A stretch of 64,000 nucleotides of DNA from an uncultured Gemmatimonadales bacterium (GCA_963828735.1 CAWHFW010000005.1:768001-832000), one strand, 5' to 3'; positions 51,910-63,607 are shown, numbered from the stretch's first letter. Notes: generated by a model not told the origin, from the letters alone. Program-made: numbers and translations.

Positions 51910-53387
51910 GTGCTCCTCGACCTGGCCGCCGTGTTCGTGCGAAGCGCCGCGTCGAGCCGGCGACCGCCCGACCGACCAACCGCCTGACGCCCAGCCTCGA
52001 GGCGAGGTACCGCACCCTGGTCGAGCAGATTGCCGGCCGTCGTCTTCATGGCCTATCTCGACCGCGGCATCGGCGAGGCCTACGTGAGCCCGCAGATCGA
52101 GGCGGCGCTGGGCTTCTCGCAGGCAGGAATGGCTCGAGGATCCGGTGCGCTGGTATCACCAGATCCATCCGGACGACAAGCGAGCGCTGGAGCATCGAGG
52201 CCGCGCGAGATGTTTCTGACCGGCAAGCCGCTGCGCTCCGCCTATCGCGTGCTGCCCGCGACGGCCGCATCGTCTGGTTCCACTGCGAGGCCAAGATGGT
52301 GCGGCGGCGACGACGGCGGCCCTGGTTCATCCATGGCGTCGGGTTCGACATCACCGACCTGAAGCGGCGGAAGCGGCGCTGCAGGAGGAGCGCAACGTGC
52401 TCACCGCGATTCTCGACACCGTCGGCGCGCTGGTCGTGGTGCTCGATCCGGACGGCCGCATCGTCCGGTTCAACCGCGCGTGCGAAGCTGACGAGCGGCT
52501 ACTCGTTCGGCGAAGTCCGCGGCCGCAACATCTGGGACCTGTTCCTCACGCCGGAGGAGAGCGAGCGGTTCCAGCGCGTTGCTGGCCGAGCTCCGACCGG
52601 CCAGGAGCCCAGCGACTACGAGGCCGACTGGCTGACGCGCGACGGGTCCCGCCGCCGGATCGCCTGGTCGAGCACGGTGCTGCCGGGCTCGACGCGCGAC
52701 GCCGAGCCACATCATCACGACCGGCATCGACATCACCGAGCGGAAGCGGCTGGAGAAGACGATGCTCGAGATCAGCGCGCGGGAGCAGCGCCGGATCGGC
52801 CAGGACCTGCACGACGGCCTCGGCCAGCATCTGACCGGCATCGCGTTCATGAGCAAGGTGCTGGCGCAGAAGCTGGCCGAGGAGCGCGCGCCGGAAGGCC
52901 GGCGCATGCCGCCAAGATCGTCCAGCTGGTGAACGAGGCGATCGACAAGACGCGCGAGCTGGCGCGCGGACTGCTGCCGGTGGTCTCCGACGCGGAAGGG
53001 CTGATGTCGGCGCTCCGGCAGTGGGCCGGCGAGGTGGAGGATCTGTTCAGCGTCTCCTGCCGGTTCGATTGCGCGGAGCCGGTGCTCGTGCCGGACGTGG
53101 GCATGGCGACGCACCTGTACCACATCGCGCACGAAGCCGTGAACAACGCGATCAAGCACGGCGACGCCACGCCGGATACGGCTCACGCTGGGCCGGGAGA
53201 ACGGCACCGGGACGCTCACCGTCGAGGACGACGGCATCGGCATCTCCGACGGTGCCCACGGGTCACCCCGGACATGGGGCTCCACATCATGAGCTACCGC
53301 GCCAACATGATCGGCGGCTCCCTGGAAGTTCGCGCCGGCCAGCAGGGCGGCACGCAGGTCTGCTGCCGTTTCCCGCTCCAGCGCTGA
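51910..53387 (+). CDS. Soluble double-PAS histidine kinase, HisKA_3 (NarX-like) class (frameshifted; start uncertain)
   Basis: YRTLVEQI, IHPDD, DITD, second PAS ILDTVGALVVVLD..DITERK, EQRRIGQDLHDGLGQHL, EAVNNAIKHG, MGL; no TM segment seen. Confidence 0.82.
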
Positions 53388-53399
53388 GTCGAGGAGATC

Positions 53400-54093
53400 A
53401 TGCATGCCGCAGAGTACCGTCGGTGTCCGCGGCGCCGAGGAAGCATCGCGTGTTCGTGGTCGACGATCATCCCATCGTGCGCCAGGGACTCGCGCTGCTG
53501 ATCAACCAGGAGCCCGATCTGGTGGTCTGCGGCGAGGCCGAGGAAGCGCACTCGGCGCTGCAGGCGATCGCGTCGCTCCGGCCCGATATCCTCATCCTGG
53601 ACATCTCGCTGCCGCGGTCCGGACGGGCTCGATCTGCTCAAGACCATCCGCGCCACCGACCCGGACACTCCCGGTCCTGGTGCTCTCCATGCACGACGAG
53701 TCGATCTACGCGGAGCGGGCGCTTCGCGCGGGCGCGAACGGCTACATCATGAAGCAGGAGGCCACGGAGAACGTGCTCGTGGCGCTGCGCCGCATCCTCG
53801 GCGGCGAGGTCTACGTGAGCGACGGATCGCCAACACGATGCTCCGCCAGCTGGTGTCGGGCTCGCGGAAATCGGACGGTCCACCGGAGGCGCGTCTGAGC
53901 GATCGGGAGCTCGAGGTGTTCCGGATGATCGGTGACGGGCATGGGAACGCGGCAGATCGCCGAGGACCTGCACCTGAGCGTGAAGACGGTCGAGACCTAT
54001 CAGGCGCACATCAAGGAGAAGCTGTCCCTGCGGACCGCGCGCGATCTGGTGCAGCACGCCATCCAGTGGAGGCTGAGCGAGGAGATTGGGTAG
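53400..54093 (+). CDS. NarL/FixJ-family response regulator (frameshifted)
   Basis: [62 protein letters not shown]. Confidence 0.88.
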
Positions 54094-54109
54094 ATCGCTG
54101 CCGCAGCAC

Positions 54110-54147
54110 CGGGGTTTCCCCGATGAAGGGATGGGGAAGTCCCCGAT
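54110..54147. promoter_or_regulatory. Two GGGG-N3/4-CCCCGAT palindromes upstream of hhyS, candidate regulator binding sites
   Basis: CGGGGTTTCCCCGAT (54110) and ATGGGGAAGTCCCCGAT (54131). Confidence 0.5.
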
Positions 54148-54341
54148 AATCCGCGTCGGGACCCGCCTGCTTGCGGGCTCTTTCGGCAAATCCTAACTCA
54201 TACTGTGCGTCAGGTTCGACGCGGCGCCCGCGAGTGCCGGTGCCGCGTTGGCGTAGACCCTGCCTCGAGCGTCGGCGCATCGCTGGTCCGACGCACCGAT
54301 CCGGGACTCTCTCCGGATCCCTGTGCCTGGAAGGAGCGGCC

Positions 54342-55409
<1,068 letters not shown>

Positions 55410-55428
55410 CGGCAAAGGAGCGAGCGCG

Positions 55429-57228
55429 ATGACCACCGCCACGGTCCCCAAGACCGAGAGCCGGGAGAAACAGCGCAAGCTGGTGGAGATGAACTGGGAT
55501 CCCGATCACCCGGATCGTGGGCAGCCTGGGAATCTTCACCAAGATCGACTTCGACAACCGCGAGGTGGCCGAGTGCCACAGCACCTCGTCGATCTTCCGC
55601 GGCTACAGCATCTTCATGAAGGGCAAGGATCCGCGCGACGCCCACTTCATCACCAGCCGCATCTGCGGCATCTGCGGCGACAACCACGCCACCTGCGCCA
55701 CCTACGCCCAGAACATGGCGTTCGGCGTGCGCCCGCCTGCGCTCGGCGAGTGGATCGTCAACCTCGGCGAGGCCGCCGAGTACATGTTCGACCACAACAT
55801 CTTCCAGGACAACCTGGTCGGCGTGGATTTCTGCGAGCAGATGGTTCGAGGAGACCAATCCCGGCGTCTGGGAGAAGGCCAAGAAGACCGAGGCGCCCCA
55901 CGCGGCCGACCACGGGTACCGCACGATCGCCGACATCATGACGGCGCTCAATCCGTTCACCGGCGAGTTCTACCGCGAGACCCTGCACATGAGCCGCTAT
56001 GACGCGCGAGATGTTCTGCCTGATGGAAGGCCGGCACGTCCATCCCTCGACGCTCTATCCGGGCGGCGTCGGCACGGTGCCGACGGTGCAGCTGTTCACC
56101 GACTACCTCGTCCGCCTGATGAAGTACGTGGAGTTCATGAAGAAGTGCGTGCCGCTGCACGACGATCTCTTCGACTTCTTCTACGAGGCGCTGCCGGGCT
56201 ACGAGAAGGTCGGCTATCGCCGGACGCTGCTGGGCTGCTGGGGCTCGTTCAACAATCCGGACGTCTGCGACTACACCTACAAGAACATGACCAACTGGGG
56301 CGACGCGATGTTCGTCACCCCCGGCGTCGTGGTGGACGGCAAGCTGGTGACCCACGACCTGATCAAGATCAACCTGAACATCCGCATCCTGCTGGGGCAC
56401 TCCTTCTACGACGACTGGGCCAACGCGCGAGACGTTCGTCAAGACCGACCCGCTCGGGAACCCGGTCGATCAGCGGCATCCCTGGAACCAGACCACGATT
56501 CCGCGGCCGCAGAAGCGCGACTTCGACGGCAAGTACACCTGGGTGATGTCGCCGCGCTGGTTCGACAGCGGACAAGGACCATCTGGCGCTCGATACCGGC
56601 GGCGGCCCGATCGCCCGGTTCTGGGCGACGGCGCTCGCGGGCATCGTGGACATCGGCTACGTCAAGGCGACGGGCACGAGCGTCAAGATGTACCTGCCCA
56701 AGACCGCGACGAAGCCCGAGGCCGAGTTCGAGTGGAAGATTCCGAAGTGGAGCAACGCGATCGAGCGGGACCGCGCCCGGACCTACTTCCAGGTATACGC
56801 CGCCGCTTGCGCCTACCACTTCGTCGAGAAGGCGCTGGCCGAGTTGCATGCCGGACGCACCAAGACCTGGAACGAGTTCACGGTGCCCGACGAGGCGATC
56901 GGCTGCGGCTTCCACGAGGCGGTGCGCGGCGTGCTGTCGCATCACGTCGTGATCCGGAAGGGCAAGATCGCGAACTACCATCCGTATCCGCCGACGCCGT
57001 GGAACGGCAAGCGTGCGGGACATCTACGGCACGCCGGGTCCCTACGAGGACGCGGTGCAGAACACGCCGATCTTCGAGGAGAACGGTCCCGACAAATTCA
57101 AGGGGATCGACATCATGCGCGCGGTACGGAGCTTCGATCCGTGCCTGCCATGCGGCGTGCACATGTATCTGGGCAACGGCAAGGTGCTGGAGCAGCATCA
57201 TTCGCCGCTCTTCGGCAATCACGGCTGA
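55429..57228 (+). CDS. hhyL: Group 1h [NiFe]-hydrogenase large subunit (frameshifted)
   Basis: L1 [12 protein letters not shown] and L2 [11 protein letters not shown] with C-terminal tail; [20 protein letters not shown]. Confidence 0.92.
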
Positions 57229-57232
57229 CGCG

Positions 57233-58137
57233 ATGCCCAGACAAACCGAGCTCGAGCGACGGATCGCGGCGATAGACCAGCTGGTCCGGTCGCTCGAGAA
57301 CGCGTCCGATCCCGCCACCCGCGCCGCGGCGCAGGAGCTCGCCGGCACGCTCATGGAGCTCCACGCCGCGGCGCTCGAGCGCGTGCTCGCGATCATCGGC
57401 CGGCAAGGGCCGGCCGCGAGCGCTATCGTCGAACAGCTGGCCGGCGACGAGGTGGTCTCGGGCGTGCTGCTCCTGCACGACCTCCACCCGGTGGACCTGC
57501 CGACCCGCGTCCGCGGCGCCCTCGAGAAGACGCGGCCCTACCTGCAGTCCCACGGCGGCAACGTCGAGCTCGTGGGCATCGACGAGGCCGGCGTGGTGCG
57601 GCTCAGGATGGTGGGAAGCTGCCACGGCTGCCCGTCGTCCGCGATGACGCTCAAGCTGGCCATCGAGCAGGCGATTCAGGAAGCGGCGCCGGATGTGACC
57701 GCCATCGTGGTGGACGGCGAGCCGAACGGGGGCCCCGGGACGCCTGCCCCCGCGAGCTCGTGGCGCTCGAGCCGATGCATCACGCGCCTGCCGAGACGAG
57801 CGGCGACGTGTGGCACGACGTCCCGCTGCTCGACGACCTCCGTCCCGGCGAGGCCCGCGCGCTGGCAATCGCCGGCCGGGAGGTCCTGTTCCTCGCGCTG
57901 GAGGGGCGGCACTACGCGTACGGCGCTCGCTGCCCGGCCTGCAACGCCGAGCTGGCCGGCGCCGAGCTTGCGGGCCACACGCTGGCCTGTCCGGCCTGTG
58001 GGCGGGGCTACGACGTGATCCAGGCGGGCCGCGCGATCGATCGCGGTGATCTCCATCTCGACCCGTTCCCCATCCTCACCCGGCACGGACGCGTGCAGAT
58101 GGCCGTGCCGCCGCCGATGGTGACGGCCTCGCCGTAG
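57233..58137 (+). CDS. NifU-like + Rieske-like Fe-S protein (HhyE-like; one frameshift near 57760)
   Basis: [30 protein letters not shown]-terminal RCPAC...ACPAC. Confidence 0.8.
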
Positions 58138-58140
58138 TCC

Positions 58141-58779
58141 ATGCCGACGGCCGACCATTCCGACGGCGCCTTCTCGGCGCTCCGGCGCTTTGCCCGGCCT
58201 CGCGCGCCGGTCGAGCGCTGCGATCTGTGTGGGCTCGAGCTCCCGGCCGGCCACGATCACCTGATCGAGCCGGGCCGTCGCGAGATGGCCTGCGCCTGCC
58301 CCGCCTGTGCCCTGCTCTTCACCGGACGGGCCGGGGCCCGATACAAGCGGATTCCACGTGATGTCGCCCTGCTGGAGGGCTTCTCGCTCACCGACGCCCA
58401 GTGGGAGAGTCTCCGCCTGCCGATCAGCCTCGCCTTCTTCTACGAAAGCACGCCGCAGTCGCGCGTGGTCGCGTGCTACCCCAGTCCCGCGGGCGCCACC
58501 GAGTCGCTGCTCGAGCTCGAGACCTGGTCGGAGCTTCGAGCCCGGAATCCAGTGCTCGCCCGTCTCGAGCCCGATGTCGAGGCGCTGCTGGTAAATCGCA
58601 CCAGCGCCCCGGGCGACCATCTGATCGTCCCGATCGACGAGTGCTTCAAACTGGTCGGCCTCATCCGCATGCACTGGAAGGGGCTCTCCGGGGGAACGCA
58701 GGTATGGAAGGAGATCTCGGCGTTCTTCGCCGCGCTCCACGAGCGGGCCCGTCCGATCCCCGAGGCGATGCGTGCCTGA
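58141..58779 (+). CDS. Hydrogenase-cluster conserved protein (DUF5947-like)
   Basis: ERCDLC, CACPACALLF, YPSPAGATES, PIDECFKLVG. Confidence 0.8.
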   Translation: MPTADHSDGAFSALRRFARPRAPVERCDLCGLELPAGHDHLIEPGRREMACACPACALLFTGRAGARYKRIPRDVALLEGFSLTDAQWESLRLPISLAFFYESTPQSRVVACYPSPAGATESLLELETWSELRARNPVLARLEPDVEALLVNRTSAPGDHLIVPIDECFKLVGLIRMHWKGLSGGTQVWKEISAFFAALHERARPIPEAMRA

Positions 58780-59422
58780 CCTGGATTTCCGCATCGAGGG
58801 CGCCGAGGTGGTGCCGTACGCGACGGCGCCGCTGCTGGCCTTCCGCCTCGCCGTCCGAAACGCGCAGCCCGACGAGAGCGTCCACACCGTCGTGCTGCGC
58901 TGCCAGATCCAGATCGAGGTGACCCGCCGACACTACGATCGGGGGGAGGAGGTGCGGCTGCGCGATCTCTTCGGCGAGCCGGAGCGGTGGGGCCAGACCC
59001 TTCGCACGATGCTATGGACCCACACCACGGCGGTGGTGCCGGCCTTCGAGGGCGAGACGGTCACCGAGCTGCACGTCCCGTGCAGCTACGATTTCAATCT
59101 GGCGGCGACCAAGTTCTTCTATGGACTGGCCGGCGGCGAGGTGCCGCTCGCGTTCCTCTTCAGCGGGAGCGTGTTCTACCAGAGCGCGTCCGGCGCGCTT
59201 CAGGTCAGCCCCATCTCGTGGACCAAGGAGGCGCAGTTCCGGCTTCCCGTCGCCACCTGGCAGCGGCTGATGGATGCGTACTATCCGAACCTGGCATTCC
59301 TGCAGCTGCGCCGCGACGTCTACGATCGGCTGTACCAGTACAAGGTGCGACACGGCATCACCGGCTGGGAGCAGGCGGTGGAAGGGATGCTGCGCGTGGT
59401 GGAGGAAGGAGCGCCGGTGTGA
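58772..59422 (+). CDS. Hydrogenase-cluster conserved protein (DUF6084-like)
   Basis: LRCQIQIE, LFGEPERWG, VPCSYDF, FLFSGSVFY. Confidence 0.8.
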   Translation: MPDLDFRIEGAEVVPYATAPLLAFRLAVRNAQPDESVHTVVLRCQIQIEVTRRHYDRGEEVRLRDLFGEPERWGQTLRTMLWTHTTAVVPAFEGETVTELHVPCSYDFNLAATKFFYGLAGGEVPLAFLFSGSVFYQSASGALQVSPISWTKEAQFRLPVATWQRLMDAYYPNLAFLQLRRDVYDRLYQYKVRHGITGWEQAVEGMLRVVEEGAPV

Positions 59423-60447
59423 GCCGGGGGGACGTGGGGGCGCTCGCGCGAACGCTGCTCTATGAAGGGTACCTGTTGTACCCGTACCGCCCGTCGGCGG
59501 TGAAGAACCGGCAGCGCTTCAATTTCGGCGTGATCTACCCGGACGCGCACAGCCGCGCCCAGGATGGCGTCGAGCCGAGCCTCATGCGGACCGAATGCCT
59601 GGTCGTGGGTCCGACGCCGACGGTCGACATCGAGGTACGATTCCTCCACTTGGTCACCCGGACCGTCGAGCAGCCGACGGAGGGAGGCGCCGGCGCCCGC
59701 GAGGTCGCGCGCCTCGAGGCCGGCGGCCGGGTCTACCAGCCATGGCAGGAGGCGGTGGAGCGGGAGGTCACGCTGTCCCGCCTCGCGCTGTCGGATCTCC
59801 TGGGAAGCATCCACCGTCGGCGTGTCGCGTTCCCAGACACGGACCAGCGCGAGCCCATCTCCGGATCGAGCGGGGACCCGGTGGGCGTCGTTCGCCGCCG
59901 GCAGGCGGGGATCGAACTCGAGATCGAGGTAGCCGTCCGGCCGGCCGGCGATGACGCGTACGTGATCGGCGTTGAAATCGACAACCGGACCGAGCGGGTG
60001 CCGAGCCCGGCGCTCCGCGACGAGCTTCTCTCGGTGTGCCTCGTGGCCGTCCACACGATCCTGACCGTCGAGAGCGGCGAGTTCACCTCCCTGATCGATC
60101 CGCCCGCCGCCCTGCGCGAGGCGACGGCCCAGTGCCGGAACGTCGGGACCTGGCCCGTGCTCGCCGGTCCGCCCGGCACGCGGGACACCATGCTGTCGTC
60201 TCCCATCATCCTCTACGACTACCCCGAGATCGCGCCCGAGAGCCGTGGTGACCTGTTCGACGGTACCGAGATCGACGAGATCCTGTCGCTCCGGATCATG
60301 ACCTTGAGCGACGACGAGAAGCGGGAGATCGCCGAGTCGGACGAGCACGCGCGGCTGCTGCTCGAGCGCACCGAGTCGCTGGCGGCGGAAGAACTGATGG
60401 GCCTGCATGGGACCATGCGACCCGTGCGCGCGAGGGATGGCGCGTGA
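59419..60447 (+). CDS. Hydrogenase-cluster conserved hypothetical protein
   Basis: LLYEGYLLYPYRPSAVKN, SSPIILYDYPEIAPES.GDLFDGTEIDEIL. Confidence 0.8.
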   Translation: MSRGDVGALARTLLYEGYLLYPYRPSAVKNRQRFNFGVIYPDAHSRAQDGVEPSLMRTECLVVGPTPTVDIEVRFLHLVTRTVEQPTEGGAGAREVARLEAGGRVYQPWQEAVEREVTLSRLALSDLLGSIHRRRVAFPDTDQREPISGSSGDPVGVVRRRQAGIELEIEVAVRPAGDDAYVIGVEIDNRTERVPSPALRDELLSVCLVAVHTILTVESGEFTSLIDPPAALREATAQCRNVGTWPVLAGPPGTRDTMLSSPIILYDYPEIAPESRGDLFDGTEIDEILSLRIMTLSDDEKREIAESDEHARLLLERTESLAAEELMGLHGTMRPVRARDGA

Positions 60448-61211
60448 GTGCCGCCGGCCCGCTCCCGGCCAAGGGCGCGCGCGTCCGGCTCCGGCCGCGG
60501 GCCGGCGGGGACGTGCTCGATCTGATCCTCATCGACAAGGCTGCGACCGTCGAGTCCGTCGAGGAAGACCTCGAGGGGAAGGTCCTCGTCTCGGTGGTGC
60601 TCGACGATGACCCCGGCGCCCACCTCGGCATGATGCGCCAGCCCGGGCACCGCTTCTTCTTCGCGCCTGAGGACCTCGAGATTCTGCCGGACGATGGCAC
60701 CGTGCGACCCGCGGCGACCCGGTCCATCCTGGTCGCCGGCATCGGCAACATCTTTCTGGGCGATGACGGCTTCGGCGTCGAAGTGGCCCAGCGGATGGCG
60801 GCGCGGCCGCTTCCCGCCGGGGTATCCGTCGGCGACTACGGGATCCGCGGCTACGACTTGGCCTACGCCCTCATGGCCGGTCCCGATCACGCGATTCTGG
60901 TGGATGCATGCCCCCGCGGCGAGGCTCCGGGAACGTTGTACGTGATGGAGCCCGAACCGGACGAGCTCGAGGCCGCCACCGGCGATCCCGGCTTCCTGGA
61001 TGGCCACGCGATGAATCCGGTGAGCGTGCTCCGCCTCGCGCGCTCGCTCGGGGGAGCGCCCGCGCCCGTGGTAGTGGTGGGGTGCGAGCCGGGGACACTG
61101 GGCCCCGAGGAAGGGCACATCGGCCTCAGCCCACCGGTGCAGGCGGCGGTTGCCGAAGCAGTCACGCTGGTCGAGTCGTTGATCGCGCGGTTCCTCGCGT
61201 CGGAACCCTGA
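60444..61211 (+). CDS. Hydrogenase maturation protease with extra N-terminal domain
   Basis: ILVAGIGNIFLGDDGFGVEV, DYGIRG, VDA, DGHAMNP, VVGCEP from about residue 90. Confidence 0.88.
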   Translation: MSAAGPLPAKGARVRLRPRAGGDVLDLILIDKAATVESVEEDLEGKVLVSVVLDDDPGAHLGMMRQPGHRFFFAPEDLEILPDDGTVRPAATRSILVAGIGNIFLGDDGFGVEVAQRMAARPLPAGVSVGDYGIRGYDLAYALMAGPDHAILVDACPRGEAPGTLYVMEPEPDELEAATGDPGFLDGHAMNPVSVLRLARSLGGAPAPVVVVGCEPGTLGPEEGHIGLSPPVQAAVAEAVTLVESLIARFLASEP

Positions 61212-61249
61212 TCGGCGTCCATCGCCACCCAGAGAGAGGAGTGTGCTGC

Positions 61250-61459
61250 ATGACCACGATCGCATCGGTGCGGGACGGTGAGGCAAGCGACCGGGAGACG
61301 CTGATGCTCTTTGGAGGTCTCGCCTGCATGGTCTTCGGCGCCGGCCTCGTGCTGTCCAATCGCTCCATCCGGCGGTATCTGGGCGAGGTGAGTCCGGGTC
61401 TCCTCCTGGAAACCGCCATGCCCGACGTGCAGCGCTACTTGAAGCTGCGGGCGATGTAG
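61250..61459 (+). CDS. Small single-TM protein ending PDVQRYLKLRAM
   Basis: AGGAG RBS; hydrophobic LMLFGGLACMVFGAGLVL. Confidence 0.7.
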   Translation: MTTIASVRDGEASDRETLMLFGGLACMVFGAGLVLSNRSIRRYLGEVSPGLLLETAMPDVQRYLKLRAM

Positions 61460-61469
61460 GCCCGAACCC

Positions 61470-62090
61470 GTGCGCTACCGGATCGACGCGAGCGCCAGTC
61501 GCTTCACGGTCCGCGCCTTCGCCGGGGGCGTGCTGGGTGGCATGGGGCACGATCCGACCTTCCTCGCGCGGGACCTCGCCGGGGAGGTCGAGTTCGATCC
61601 CGGGCCGCCGAGTGCGAGCTCGGTCCGGCTGGCGGTGAAGTCGTCCTCGCTCGGCCTCCTCGACTCCATAAGCGACAAGGATCGGCGCGAGATCGAGCGG
61701 GTGACGAACCAGGAGGTGCTCGAGAGCGAGGCCTACCCGGAGATCCTGTTCGTCGCCGAGCGGGTCGCGCTCACGGGGAGTCCGGGGGGACCGTTCCAGG
61801 CCGCGCTCGACGGCGAGCTCACGCTCCACGGCGTGAGCCGGCCATGCCAGGTGCCGCTCCGCATCTACCCGTCGGGCGACATGGTGCGCGCCCAGGGCGA
61901 GACGACGCTCCGCCAGAGCGACTACCACATCGACCAGGTTGCGGTGGCGGGTGGCATGCTCAAGGTTAAGGACGAGGTGAAGTTGGCGTTCGACATCGTC
62001 GCCCGACCGGTAGCGGAACGGCAGCCGGCGGCGGGCCCGACAGCCGATCGGCGGGAGGGCGCCGGCGGCGTCGAAGCGTCGACCGCGTGA
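61470..62090 (+). CDS. YceI-like polyisoprenoid-binding protein, no signal peptide
   Basis: YRIDASASRF, LESEAYPEILF, GELTLHGVSR, QSDYHI, VKDEVKLAFDIVA. Confidence 0.8.
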   Translation: MRYRIDASASRFTVRAFAGGVLGGMGHDPTFLARDLAGEVEFDPGPPSASSVRLAVKSSSLGLLDSISDKDRREIERVTNQEVLESEAYPEILFVAERVALTGSPGGPFQAALDGELTLHGVSRPCQVPLRIYPSGDMVRAQGETTLRQSDYHIDQVAVAGGMLKVKDEVKLAFDIVARPVAERQPAAGPTADRREGAGGVEASTA

Positions 62091-62175
62091 CCTGGGATCG
62101 AGGCGGCGAGTTGACGACTCGGCTCCCCGCGCGCAAATAGGACGTAAGGAAATAGCGAGTAAGGGGAGCGTCGCC

Positions 62176-62461
62176 ATGTGTCTTGCCATCCCGGGGAAGA
62201 TCGTCGAGCTGGTCGCGGACTGGCCCACGATCGGCGTGGTCGAGGTGACGGGGGTCCGCCGTCGCGTGGACCTGGGCCTCCTGCAGGACGAGCGGCCGCA
62301 GGTGGGTGACTGGGTGCTCATCCATGTCGGGTTCGCCATGAGCAAGATCAGCGAGCACGAGGCCGCCGATCAGATGCGCACGCTCAGCGATCCTCGGCGA
62401 GGACCAGGCGGCCATGGATGAGGTCCGCGGCTACGGGCTGGAAGGGAAGGATGAGCCGTGA
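62176..62461 (+). CDS. hypC: Hydrogenase chaperone HypC (one frameshift near 62386)
   Basis: MCLAIPGKIVE, VGDWVLIHVGFAM. Confidence 0.92.
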
Positions 62462-63593
62462 AATTCGTGGATGAGTTCCGCGACCCCGAGGTGATCGGCC
62501 GGACGGCCGACGAGATTCGGCGCCTCGCCGATCCCGGTCGCCACTACCGTCTGATGGAGGTCTGCGGCGGCCACACGCACGCGATCTATCGCTTCGGCCT
62601 CAAGGACGTACTGCCGCCGAACATCGAGCTGATCCATGGGCCGGGCTGCCCCGTCTGCGTGCTGCCGATGGGCCGGATCGACGACGGGCTGCTGCTGGCC
62701 CAGCGCCCCGACGTCATCTTCAGCGCGTTCGGCGACATGATGCGCGTGCCCGGCGCGCACGGCAGCCCTCTCGAGCACAAGGCGAAAGGGCTGGACGTCC
62801 GCATCGTCTATTCCCCGTCGGATGCGCTCAAGCTCGCGCGGACCAATCCGGACAAGCACGTCGTGTTCTTCGCGATCGGCTTCGAGACGACCGCGCCCTC
62901 GACCGCGCTGACGCTGCTCCGCGCGCGCGAGGAGGGGCTCCGGAACTTCTCGGTCTTCTGCAACCACGTCACCATCATCCCGGCCATCCGGGCCATCCTC
63001 GACTCGCCCGACATGCGCCTCGACGGCTTCATCGGCCCGGGGCACGTCTCGACGGTGATTGGCTGTCGCCCCTATGAGTGGATCGCCCGGGACGAGGCGA
63101 AGCCCATCGTGGTCTCCGGCTTCGAGCCGCTCGATCTGCTGCAGTCGATCGTGATGCTCCTGCGCCAGCTCGGGGAAGGCCGGGCCGAGGTCGAGAACCA
63201 GTACACCCGGGTGGTCCCGTGGGAGGGAAACCGCGCCGCGCTTCGGGCCATGGCGCGAGGTGTTCGAGCTCCGGCCGTACTTCGAATGGCGCGGGCTCGG
63301 ATTCATCTCGCAGTCGGCGCTTCGGATCCGCGACGAGTTCGCCGCGTGGGACGCCGAGCGCCTCTTCGATGTGGCCGGGCGTTCGCGTTACCGACCCCAA
63401 GGCCGCCCAGTGCGGAGAGGTGCTCAAGGGCGTCCTCAAGCCGGTCCAGTGCAAGCTGTTCGGGCGCGAATGCACGCCCGAGCACCCCGTTGGCGCCCTG
63501 ATGGTTTCTTCGGAAGGATCATGCGCCGCGTACTACAACTACGAACACCGCAAGGCCAGCGCCTCGACGCAGAGTCTCGTGGCACCGGTCTGA
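62458..63593 (+). CDS. hypD: Hydrogenase maturation protein HypD (frameshifted near the 3' end)
   Basis: MEVCGGHTH, GPGCPVC, GFETTAP, PGHVS, GALMVSSEGSCAA. Confidence 0.95.
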
Positions 63594-63607
63594 CGGGCGA
63601 GGCCTCC

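Noticed and set aside
50829..53387. 852-aa ORF taken as one real protein
   Set aside because: It drifts in and out of the true frames through indels; only the junction question is kept as a finding
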